A stretch of DNA of 64,000 nucleotides, taken from the NCBI GenBank assembly GCA_002104905.1, contig MCFE01000386.1, positions 1 through 64,000 on the forward strand, given 5' to 3'. Source of the stretch: Basidiobolus meristosporus CBS 931.73. Taxonomy: Eukaryota > Fungi > Basidiobolomycota. A program made the translations under genes and the position numbers. Below, in pieces: positions 23,001-35,067 of the stretch (its first letter is position 1; the number at the start of each line of letters is the position of its first letter). The notes beneath the pieces are model-generated. The model made no database searches and was not told where the DNA came from. It worked only from the letters and a program-made list of their open reading frames with translations.

Positions 23001-24780
23001 CAATAGGGCGAAGAGCGTTATTCTTGCTAACACATCGCATGGTAAACTCTTATTTACTTGGAATCCTTCCACAACTGCTCATCATTAATTCTTAGAGATT
23101 CGTACGCCATTGAATGCGATCATCGGGCTGGTGAGTGCGTTTGAGGACACACAGCTGACGTTGGAGCAGAGAGAAATGCTGAAGATCATGCTTACTGCTA
23201 GTGGTGTATTGTTAAGGGTGGTTAACGATATTCTTGATATGGCTAAGCTGGAAGCTGGAAAAATCAAGCTCAAACCGATGGATTTTAACCTCCATGACTT
23301 GGTTCAGTCTACTGTGGATCTATTCTCGGAGCAAAAAGAACAGAAAAACCTCAAACTAACATTCAGCTGCGACCCAAGTGTGCCAAAGATGGTTGTGGGA
23401 GATTCAGCGCGTATCCAACAAGTGTTGATGAATCTTCTGGGCAACGCATTGAAATTTACGGATAAAGGCGAAGTCTCGATCTTCGTAGATGTGATGGATT
23501 CTCTGAAAGCCAGCCCTCCCGACTCCAACAAAGTGGCTCTTCGATTTCGGGTCACGGATACAGGTATTGGTATTTCAAAGGAAGCCATAAACACGCATCT
23601 TTTCCGCTCCTTCCACCAAATCGATGGCTCCATGACTCGCAAATATGAGGGCGTGGGTCTTGGATTAGCCATCTGCAAGGAGCTGATTGAGATTGGGAAT
23701 GGGGACATTGGCGTCGAGTCCACTCCTGGCGAAGGGTCTTCTTTCTGGTTTACCTGGCATTTCACTTTACCAGACTCTCCCCAAATTGTTAAGAGCCAAT
23801 ACCTGGACGCAATCCACACACAAAAATGTCTGACTATATGTGCGGGTGATGCCGAGGATAACTCCATTGCAATGTTAATTCAAGATCTAGTGAGATCTCA
23901 TACCCAAGCCAGAACGTATAGTGACGGCCTGGATGTTTTGAAACGGACACAGCCCTCATCCGACCCATTTCAGTGTGTGTTTCTCAATGTACTGGGGAAT
24001 GAGGTGCCTAACGCGCTTTTGGATAATGTATCCAAGCTGAAGGCTTTGGATCCATCGCTACGAGTCATGGTCATATTCCCATTGTCATGTCTCCATTTGG
24101 CTCAGTCTGCTGTGAGCCATTTTGATGACACCGTTGTGGGAATGTCTATGCCAGTTACTAAATTTAAACTGACCTGCGCACTGCTCAACTTATATCAGAT
24201 GAAATTAGACTTGGAGCCGAAGCCTAGGAAGGGTAATGAATCGCCAAAATGTGACAGGTTTCCAGTATCGCCAACACAGGATCCATCGTCCGACAAATGC
24301 CCACATAAATCATTCCCGAAGAGGACCAGGAACCTATCTACCAGCCCAAGGAGGCAAAGCTCAGAACTGGAGCCTGAGGACAACAATGCTTGCGCCAACG
24401 GAGATTTTATGATATTAGTGGTGGAAGACAATCCTGTCAACATGGAAGTGGTCCATAGACAACTGAAACGTCTTGGCTATCGATCAGCAGGAGCCAAAAA
24501 CGGTTCAGAAGCTGTGGAAATGCTAAAAACCTCTGGAGACACATTTTCCCTGGTTTTAATGGACTGTGCAATGCCTGTCAAGGATGGATTCGAGGCCACA
24601 AGAGATGTCCGACAACTATTCAACACACCCGTCCGGGACATCCCGATTGTTGCACTGAGTGCCAGTTGTATTGATAGCATACAGCAAGAATGCATCACTT
24701 CAGGAATGAACGACTTTCTATCCAAACCGGTAAAACTTGGTGAGCTGAGCCAGATGCTTCAAAAATGGCTGGCAAAATGA
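20072..24780 (+). CDS. Dual (tandem) hybrid histidine kinase: PAS-like/GAF - HisKA - HATPase - REC - GAF - HisKA - HATPase - pseudo-REC - REC; 5' end uncertain
   Basis: DWSKTPLGP sensor motif; H-boxes VSHELRTPL and TSH|EIRTPLN (intron-split); N and G boxes twice; receivers LLVDDN..T|DVMMP and VVEDN..MDCAMP. Introns at ~20295, ~22172 and ~23042. Confidence 0.92.
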
Positions 24781-24791
24781 GGAGTGTAAAC

Positions 24792-24795
24792 CATA

Positions 24796-24829
<34 letters not shown>

Positions 24830-24840
24830 CATATATACAC
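24792..24840 (+). repeat. (CATA)n microsatellite in the kinase 3' UTR
   Basis: catatacatacatacatacatacatacatacatatatac. Confidence 0.9.
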
Positions 24841-25920
24841 ATCGTGCTAGTGTTTATTTCCGTGTGTCGATATAATCAGAGATAGGTACGCCTCCAAAGC
24901 CTCCTCTTTGCTGTTGGTTATTCACACACATTCTGTAAATAGGATGAATAACAAATCTGTTATGAAGGAGTCTCTAGTCTGCTTCGCAAACCAATCGTAC
25001 TAGACCATACTCATCCATAATTGCTAAACACAAACCAGTACAGATCAGCACCAATGGATCCTTGGCGATTCAGAATGTATAGGGGCAATAATAGGGGATT
25101 GTCATGGCAAGTGGTGATGTTCCACATTCGTTGAGAACATGGCGAAGGTTCACGTGTAAGGCAACATGGGATACTACCGCAGAAGGTATTTACCGGATCA
25201 TGCAGCAACAGACCAATGCACAGATTGTTTCACGAGTTAGCAAGCAACGCATCGATAGGATAAACCAACAGGGAAGATTGGCCTGGAAGAGACGGGCTTA
25301 CTAATCAGCAGTAAACATCAAAGTGGACCATATATATTTAGTAAAGGGTTTCAAAGGCTACACAAGTTAAACCATGAATCAACGTTACTGATTTCCTTTC
25401 TGGAATGGCGAGTTGGCTAATCAGAAAGCTTAATGATGACCAATGGTTGGTTGCGTAATTTCGATGACTATCCATCAATCAAGTCCTTCAGTCTAGACGA
25501 ATAGTTGGTTATTAGAATCATCCACGCCCTTGGTAAACGCATGTTGCACAAAGCTTACTTTCTTCCATTAAATCTTTGTTTGATTCTCGAATATATGTCA
25601 TCCAGTCAGTGGCTGACGATAATTGGCTGCCCTGACGAGTTCTATCGATCATCTTGCTAGATTGAGAAAAGAGAACTTTTATATTTATTATGCTTTTGAT
25701 TTTATCCTCGACTATACTATAAATGTGCTCTTTTTCTCGAGAAATTCTGGTTCGGAAACAAGCGTAAAGCTATAATTCTTCTTTCCTTTAAGCATATGTT
25801 CTTTATCCTGAACTTGTTATATTGTAAAGCCCCTTGTAAATCTTTCTAGTTTTTGCCCTCGAAACACAGTATATTTTCACTGCTTCTTGTAAATTGTCCT
25901 TTAACTGCTACAGAAGCGTA

Positions 25921-27126
25921 ATGACCGCTAGTGTCCTAGGCCTAATTATAGCCGTGTCTATCTATGATATCTTTATCCTCGTGACAGTTGGCCTTCTAAT
26001 ATACTACCGAAACGATCCTTTCTTTGCCCATCGTAACATACTCATAACAACTATCATTGGTCTAACCTCGGCAGTCTTACTTCCTGTGGTCGTCTTCATC
26101 CCATACATTCCTTGTTGGCTATTCCTCTACCTAGTCAATCTTTTATTTCCTCTGATTTTCATCTGCTTTACCGGAAAGGTTATTCAGCTAACCTTTCTGT
26201 ATTACTCTACCCAAGCCAAGCTCAGTCGTAGTGAGGATTACGCCTCAAGTGAGACCTCGCAGACCATCCTGGCAAACCCTGGAGCAAATGTTTTCTATCG
26301 ATACCAGCGCTATTTCAACAATTACGTATGGCTCACTTGGTGCGGGGTGGAGCTGACACTTTATCTTATTTTGATATCCATTATACTCTTCACTGCCCCC
26401 TCACTCCCAACAGACTTTTCTGATATCCAAACTATCGCTTTCTCGCCCACCCTCATATGCTACTCTTTTCATATTTTGATACAATGGCCAATATTTATTT
26501 GGTACCTGCGATATGTCAATGATGCTTTTCATATCCGATTCGGGCTGCTGCTAATGGAATTGATGGAGATTGTCAGTATTGTTGGGCTGATACTTCGCGT
26601 CACCATCGACTACATCAAGGAACACTGGGAGATCTACGCTATATATTGTGCCGTACGGATCATACTGGTTCACATTGCTGTCCTCGTAGTCCCTCTCTGC
26701 CGTCGTCCTCGGACACCCAAAGCCGTGGACCCGTTCCACCCATGCTATGATATCAGTTCCTTGCTGTCAATCATGAAAGATCCGGTGCTCTATGAAGATT
26801 TCAAGCAATTCGCGCTGCGTGTCTTTGCCGTAGAGAACACCTTATTTTACCGAAGGTGTATGGATTTGAAGGCGGCATCTAATTCAGTGATCACCAACAA
26901 GAAGGAAGTCTACAACATATACAATATATTCATTCGGCCCAATAGCGAGATGGAAATCAACATTACCGAGGATGTCCAGGACCAAATTTCTTTCGCCTTG
27001 ATGAAACCTCACCATGACGGATACCCAATGGATCTATTTGATCGAGCAATGAATCAAGTCCTTGACATCATCTATCATGACATCTTTCCAAGATATTTGG
27101 CATACAAAAACCGTCTGCCCGTTTAG
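25921..27126 (+). CDS. Multi-pass (about 7 TM) membrane protein with C-terminal RGS domain
   Basis: About seven hydrophobic segments, then LLSIMKDPVLYEDFKQFA..FAVENTLFY..IYNIFIRPNSEMEINI..LFDRA..DIFPRY; intronless. Confidence 0.88.
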   Translation: MTASVLGLIIAVSIYDIFILVTVGLLIYYRNDPFFAHRNILITTIIGLTSAVLLPVVVFIPYIPCWLFLYLVNLLFPLIFICFTGKVIQLTFLYYSTQAKLSRSEDYASSETSQTILANPGANVFYRYQRYFNNYVWLTWCGVELTLYLILISIILFTAPSLPTDFSDIQTIAFSPTLICYSFHILIQWPIFIWYLRYVNDAFHIRFGLLLMELMEIVSIVGLILRVTIDYIKEHWEIYAIYCAVRIILVHIAVLVVPLCRRPRTPKAVDPFHPCYDISSLLSIMKDPVLYEDFKQFALRVFAVENTLFYRRCMDLKAASNSVITNKKEVYNIYNIFIRPNSEMEINITEDVQDQISFALMKPHHDGYPMDLFDRAMNQVLDIIYHDIFPRYLAYKNRLPV

Positions 27127-27428
27127 TGAGGGCGGGCATGCAAAATCTCTCCATAGACAACTTGTATTATTCCTAGCATATTAGAGGTATTGATGTGTTG
27201 AAGCGTTGTACATAATTAATCAGTGTGTAAATAAACCGACTCCAATGCATATTCAACTCAATCAATGCACAAATTGCTTCGTGACTGCCCTCTACGAGAT
27301 ATTTGCGCCGCAATATTTACTGATTGAATGTTATTGGTTTCTTTGTTGATATTTTATTTTTCCTTTGAACCGTTTAACCTGTCGACTGTACTTCTTTCCA
27401 TCAATATAGAATAAACACCTGAACACTC

Positions 27429-30400
27429 ATGTTGGCTACGGAAGGAGGTATTCTACTATCTCGCCCCTGACCGCCCAAAACTCTGTCCACTAAAGCCTTG
27501 TCATCTTGCAGATCTCAAATCTTTCTTTGAACGTACAATAGAGAAGGCTGGGTTAAAGGTGGAGGAAGACTCCTTTACGCTAGGTACTTGTGAAATATGT
27601 ACCCATTCTGAATGGACTAAACGATTTGCGTGCCTAACCCAAATGCTATACCTTAGCTGTGGAGCAGTCGTTATTCCGTAGAAATATACAACTAGAAATT
27701 CTCAAGGCGAACGCCAAAAATAACATTGTTGAGGAGTTTATACAGCAATTCGAAGTGTTTGTAGATGACTTGAATACCCTCAAACTTTGCTTGCAACCTA
27801 CTGCCATTGCCGGCTCCATTAAGGGAACATATACAACCGATAGCTTAGTTCGGATTCTGCTCAGTATCGACTCTGTACAACCAGATTTATTGGATTTGCT
27901 CCTAGAAAAGCTGACCCATTTTATTTCCGCCGGGGACGACGCGTACGTAGATACATTCTGAGCCTATATTCCAGCGAAATTTCAACTGATTACGTGTTAC
28001 TAAGCGAGCTGGAGAGTTTCCCAAAATCAATCCTACATCAATTAAGGTGGTTAGATCACATAGTCGAGCCCGAAAGATTGACCGCCAAGATTATGGAGGT
28101 AGCTTGCTTGGAGCGCTGAACCATACAGAATACGTTGATTTAAAATCCATTCTAGATAATATCAATTACTCCTATCGAGATCCAAAGGGAACTCATTGTA
28201 AATCTACCAGAAATAGTGAATGACTCTGAACATAAGGTTCGTTGATGTTTATATATAATACCAAATAACCCATCAATACGCCGTTAACATAGAGAAAATA
28301 AAAGGTGGTTGTTGCTGAGCTACAAACTTTGATGGAGGAGAACGCAAATCTTATGGCCCCAATCCTGGATGCACTGTCTAATTTGAATCTGCAGAAAGAG
28401 TTATTGGTAGGGATGTGAATGTTTGTGCGCAAGGAGAATCTTATATTGAAACTGGGTTTCTCTAGGATAACATACGAGAGCCCATAATAGATCGCTTGGA
28501 GTCGGCCGACCTGGACGACCTACCTATCATGATCAAATTCTTACTCCAATCAGTTGACGCTGACAACGCTCAATACGTAGGCTTCCAAGATGTTGGCATT
28601 CTCAACCCATTAGCCCTGACATTTGTATCGTGTAGGTTATCGGGCGTATTCGATCCAAGTTGGATTTGAAATCGATCTATCGTTTACGCGACGACAAATT
28701 ATTTTCTCAGAGTACTAGTTCGAAGGCGGCACAGAAGACAAAGAAGATACCAGAAACCTTGATTCTAGGTATTGCGCCAGCATCTACTTGCTCTACCTCA
28801 CCACGATTGTAACCTTTCTGGTCAAGAATCCTTAAGATCAGGACTTCAATTCAACAAAATGCTCCGTGACGTCTGGCTCAAGGTTATCGGTGAAGTTGGT
28901 GATGAGCAGGACCACCAATTACTCGACTTTATTATATTGATCATCATGCACTCGTTAAAGAACATTAAGAAGAAGGCTGAAAGCATATTTCGCAAGAAAA
29001 TCTCTTCCGGAGTTTTCTCGCTCTCTCTACTCGAAGAGACAATCATCAATCACCACGAGGCTTTGCGGGAATACTTTGGTTCGCTGCTGTCACTTGCAGA
29101 GGCTCAATTACGGGCTTGCCAAAACAATATGATCCTTGGCCGAGCTGCCAGCGTTATTTATGAAGCGTGCTTTCGAACCTTTGACTCGTACTACCGACAG
29201 GAAGTTATTGGCTCGCTGGTCACTCACATCGGGAGTGGAGCCTCCTGGGAAATTGACACTGCCCTTGACTGTTTACTGAATATCGTCACGACATGTGCCA
29301 AAGAAGCGGTCCCCTTTTCTATTTTTATCAAAGGGATCCTCGATTATCTTGACAACTTATCTATTACCCAGATCAGAGTTTTGTTCAGTATTTTCAGCGC
29401 TTTAGCCTCGGAGGTAACTAATATTATTACTATCTATGATAACCACAAGACTAAGCAACCTTTCACCAATCAGGGGCAGAAAAAAGGAGAAGACGGGATA
29501 TTGAATGATCTCAACATTGTCATACGGAAGCAATTGTCGAGCTCCATCGAAAAATATCGGCAAATGGGTGTCGTAGGTGCCTTGGCGATTGTCAAGAAGA
29601 TAGGTTCTAAAGATAGCGTAGCTTTACGAGCTGGAAGTAGTCGCATAGGTAGAGTTTTTTATTCGTACCAGGCTGGATATTTTGGATTCTAAACCTTATG
29701 CCACTCCAAAGATGACGAGGTGCACATGTCTCAAGCCCTGAAAAACCCTCAGCTCCGCCAAGCAATCGCCGTCATCGAGATGACCATGGAATCTTGCAAG
29801 AAATCATCGGTTAGTTCCCTCATAGTATAGTGTTGCTAGGAACACGCCATGCTGATCACTATTCAAGAGCTCTCTTGCGTTGGCTTACGATGAATTGTCG
29901 AACATCATTGAATCCAATATGCTGGATCCGCGCTTAACATATTGGATCAACGAAAATATTGCTTGTAACTTTGCGGATGTGTTTCTCTGTGAGAAGTCGG
30001 AAATCTATAGTTTGGAAGGCAATACGCTTCTCAACACATTGCCAACCGAAATCTGGATGGATATTGATGGAGAGGTGTAAATCAAAAGATCTACGGAATT
30101 CATCTCACCGGTGCTAATTGTTATATTTGATAGAACTCTGCAGTTACTCTCAAAATATACCCCATGCTAAGTGGAACATGCTCTGTTGATGAAGACTACG
30201 CCTCAGCAACTGGAATTAGCAGTGGACTCCACACACAAAACTTCCTACGATATATGTGCTCACTGTTCAGGTTGATGCAGAATTGCACCAAAGCCTTGAA
30301 CAATGGATCCCTAGATGATATTGATGCACTTCTAGGATGTGGATTAGCCATGTATTCCAAAGTGAAATTAGAGGTTTGCTATATATGCCATCATTGGAGT

Positions 30401-33161
30401 TCGGCTACTAGGTCTCTGACAGCACCATGTACAGCACGTAATATCTGAGCACACAGAAAGTTTAAAAACACTGACATACTCGACGCTATTGTATGCAATC
30501 AATTGGTAAGTATAGCATGAACACTCCATCGCTTACTTGGCCTTACATCCATGATTCATAGGTTACGTGAGCTTTTAAACGCGTTCAGCGACCAAAAAGA
30601 CGAAGAGATGTTAGGTATTCCATTCACTGTCTACTCTTGTATCTATTCCCTGAGCTAATGTACATCGATATCAGGAAAATGTCTTATTCGTCTGAGCCAT
30701 ATCGAGGCACTTGAGCATGAATTGGAGAGCATCCTATCATATATGCCTAAAATCTCGCCGTCACTCCACTTACTTGACTTACCCGAGACCCAGGAAGGAA
30801 ATGGCGCAACTCGCTCAACACAAAACAAAGAAATAACAATTCAGGTGGGTTGTGGCAAAGAAAATGAGAATGCAATTGGAAGCAGCATTCTCAAATGGTT
30901 CCCATGTTTTCGTAGGCACCCAAGAAGCGAGTTACCGAAAAAGCTGGCTCAGATAGAGAGGATGACTCAACAAGCGTAAAAGCCTCACATACTACTCAGG
31001 TTACCGGAACGCTTCCTTATTTCCGAGAATTGGAGGTATTTCCATTTTTATTTTCTATGTCGGCTTGACTTACTAACCCTGGCATTGATTAGATGAGCGT
31101 ATTCAAACTGCTTCGTTGTGAACAACTGAAAGCCACACACGATCCAGATGTTTCACCCCACGAGAAATCTACCTTAACGGTATGGTGCGATGTATCCGTA
31201 TCTTCCAATGCCAACTCACTAACGATGAAATTCAATGACTCAAGTATTCCGATTTGCGTTTTCTCATCAAAGATCTGAAAGAGAAACTTGCGTTTAAATT
31301 GGGACAGACGACTCCCTCGCCTTTTGGAAGACTCAAGAAGAAAGACAACGGATCTCGCTTTCAGATGTTGGCGCGCAAAGGACCTCAAGAAGTCATGTCA
31401 GAGGTGGGTCAGTCATATATAGATATCTCAAAAAACCATCACTTAATGAAGGATATGGAATAGGTCAACGAAATTCTACCATACCTTTGTAGGCATCTGG
31501 AGAATGCTGCACAAGAGATTCAAGTTTTGGTAAGTCAACAACCTTCCGGTCTCGTTGCTGCTACCGCTGCTTATTTATTTGCCATAGGGAACAGATGGTG
31601 ATACCACCTCTGAGGTAAAGTGCAAGCATTCAATACATGGACAGCGTAGTTTTACTCAAAGTGCTTGCTGGTTCACAGCGGATCGAAGTTGAATGTATCG
31701 ACATCATACTCAATACTTTGATCATTATCTTCTCCTGGTCCGACCTGTCGAGTCCAGATAATGAACCGATTCTATCGGTAAGCTACCGATTATTCTCATC
31801 GATGTGCTGTATTCGTACTAACATTGGGACCTTGGCCAGAAAACATTGAATAATCTAGCTTCTAGAATAAAGCTCTCCACCGAGTCACCCACAAACCAAC
31901 TTCAAGAACTAGTCCAGGAGGCCTTCGAATATGTTTACAAATTCTCCGACCTTTTCCAAACAGCTAGCTTGTCTATCTTACTACACAAATTGCTAGGGAA
32001 AATCATGGAGCTTGCTCCACAAGTACAGCTACTCTCGCCGGAAATTGGGAAATTCTCCGAAAAGCTTCTTGGTTGTCAATGGAGTGACATTCACGCAATC
32101 AAGGTATATTAGCACTGCTTTATGCACACGATTGCAGACCCTAACTTCGAAGTGATACTCTACAGAGTGACGATTTAGGATATTTGCTACGACAGCGAAT
32201 CCTTCATTCAGAAGACCCCTTGGGCACAATCGAGGAGTATGCATCTGTTATCCTCCCAGGCCTGTTTTCAGGCGATGTAGACCTATTGGAGGATCATCCT
32301 CTGCTCACCCGAGAAACATTCTTGACATTTTACAAGACGGTAAACAACGAACTGATCAATGTGGTGGGACAATTTCAAGACCGTTTAGAAGAGCAGGATG
32401 CTCTGATATGTCACATCTCCAAGATCGTCATCAGTTGGCAAAACTTGGTGGGATTTGCCAAGAATTGTGAAAAACGGCCGTTACTTACACTTGTACTCAA
32501 AAATGGTCGAACTTTTATCGAACTCTTCCTGAAGAAAATCATGCCCTGTCTGGACGTAAACTTTCGTACCTATCGAAACGAGATCCTTTCCATCTTCAAG
32601 AAAATTCAAAATGCCACTCGCATATTGCAAAATGTTTGCTCTCACTCTAAGGTCACGAAGGACCTGGTCCTTACTGCCAACGTACCATTGACACGCAAGG
32701 CCCTGGAAACACTGTTGTTTAGAGTTAAAGCTTTGCTGGAACACAACCATTGCTTGGGTGCATTCTGGCTGGGAAATCTCAAACATCGCAGTATTACCGG
32801 TGAAGAGGTATCCTCCCAGATTCCCCAAGATGAAATACAAGATCAAGAGTCGGAAGCGTACGGCTCAAGTTCTCATGCTCCTCTTAAAAGTGCCAAAATT
32901 CGGCGAAAGCGTAAGGCTCCACCGACGCATTCCAATAGCAACTTGGACGCCGATGAGGAATCCAACAAGCACACTCGGACGGAAGTACCTCCGGAACACA
33001 GGAAACTCTCCAACTCGCAAATATCAAATAGTGACGTTGAAGAGGAAACTGCTGAACAATATTTGAACCTGGAGGCCATTGAGGACGAGATGGAGGAGGA
33101 GGATGAAGAAGAGGAAGAAGAAGAAGAGGCACAAGATTCTGATGGCTCCATCCTAATTTAA
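27429..33161 (+). CDS. FANCD2: Fanconi anemia group D2 protein homolog (many introns)
   Basis: DSLVRILLSIDSVQPDLLDLLLEKL, QLRWLDHIV, LPEIVNDSEH, QEVIGSLVTHIGSG, IRKQLSS..MGVVGA, PYFREL, LQNVCSHSK and FWLGNLKHR motifs; acidic C-terminus. Confidence 0.92.
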
Positions 33162-33995
33162 CTTACGCTGCTCCGTAACGTATCGCACATTTATTGTATT
33201 TGTTGAATAAATAATAGTCATTGCGAATAAACCCTACGTTTGCAAATATAAACCTCGCCACACTTGATACGTATTATATGGCCCTCGTTCATTCAACTAT
33301 CTTTAATAAACACCAGCAACTAGTATTTGATGCCAATGAAAGGCAACACCGACTACAGCGGTTAAAAAGAAAAAGAAAATGCGCAGCTCAGGGAACAAGG
33401 TGTAGTTTGTTTATGGGCAAACATACCACCGAGCCCTATCACACTATCGTACTAATAGACTAATCTAACTCCAGTAGAACAATCAATGCAATATCGGGAA
33501 GACGAATCATGAAGAAGCTTTGGGGAGGGGTAAACATTCGTAATAGAATAAACAAACATTAGGAAATCAAAAAATCCAGAATTCAGTAATTTGTGTTACC
33601 GGAATTGCCATAACACAGCTCAACAACAGTCGGGAAAGGAGAAAATTTTCCTCCAAAACCACGGGGATTCCTTTTTTTTTTCTCGAAACGAATCGAAGGA
33701 ATCGGATGACGGGGGTTTGATTCGGTCATCATCACAATACTGACCGGATGGATTAAATAGGGCTTTAATACGAATCTTGAATGTCAGTATGGTCTAAAAT
33801 CATTGTCCATAGTCCTGGACTTTCGTCCGGGGATCCACTAGGATTACGTATATTTGAGTACTTTAAAATTGATTTCTATCGGGGGTCCCTGACCATCAGA
33901 AAAGGGTTTTCCTCATCCAGAGTTCCTAATAAAAGGAGGCCATCTGCATATTCGTTGATTTGTCTCTCTTCTCTTTATCCTCAGAGTATACAAAC

Positions 33996-34704
33996 ATGGC
34001 CGCTGAAGTTCCTACTTTCAAACTTGTTCTTGGTAAGTGCACTCTCTTCTGGGTATGATCCCGCCTTGTGCTCGTTGCTGACCTGCGATGCTTCTCTAGT
34101 TGGTGATGGTGGTACCGGTAAGACTACCTTCGTCAAGCGTCACTTGACTGGTGAATTCGAAAAGAAGTACGTCGCCACCCTCGGTGTCGAAGTCCATCCT
34201 TTGACTTTCCACACCAACTTCGGTGCCATCTGCTTCAACACCTGGGATACCGCTGGACAAGAGAAGTTCGGTGGACTTCGTGATGGTTACTACATCCAAG
34301 GACAATGTGCCATCATCATGTTCGATGTCACCTCCCGTATCACCTACAAGAACGTCCCCAACTGGCATCGTGACTTGGTCCGTGTCTGCGAGAACATCCC
34401 CATCGTTCTTTGCGGTAACAAGGTCGATATCAAGGAGAGAAAGGTCAAGGCCAAGACCATCACCTTCCACCGTAAGAAGAACCTCCAATACTACGATATC
34501 TCCGCCAAGTCCAACTACAACTTCGAGAAGCCTTTCCTCTGGTTGGCCCGTAAGTTGGTTGGTAACCCTAACCTCGACTTCGTTGCCTCCCCTGCCTTGG
34601 CTCCTCCCGAAGTCTCAGTTGACCCTGCCCTCATGGCTGAATACAACAGGGAACTCGAGGCTGCTGCTAACCAACCTCTTCCTGAAGAAGATGAAGACTT
34701 GTAA
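33996..34704 (+). CDS. GSP1: Ran GTPase (one intron near the 5' end)
   Basis: [12 protein letters not shown]|[43 protein letters not shown] and an acidic tail. Confidence 0.98.
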
Positions 34705-35067
34705 ATGTAATGCTAGCCTATTACCTATACTCCCGTAGTTTCTTGCTATGAAAAAATATCATGAAACCTGTATTCTTTAATAGAAAATGATTAAAACCAT
34801 CATGAAAATGACGTCAAACTGCTCTATTCTCCCATGATTCAACCATTATTTCGAAGTTGGTACGTTTGGAGCCATGTCTGCATGGGTAAACTGTAGTCGA
34901 TGACTATGATTTAATTAGCATGTTTCAAGAAATTAGTTGGTGATGCTTCGGGGAATGAAGATTGCTCGTAATATGTACTACTGAACTGAAGGGGGGGGGG
35001 CTTGGAGTATATTGGACAAAAAGAATGGGATTAATGATCGGGTCACAGGGTGGTTGGGTCTAGCAGG

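Noticed and set aside
33781-33995. N-terminally extended Ran (307-aa ORF)
   Set aside because: Artefact of reading through the 5' region and an intron; the real ATG is at 33996 with a canonical GT-AG intron.
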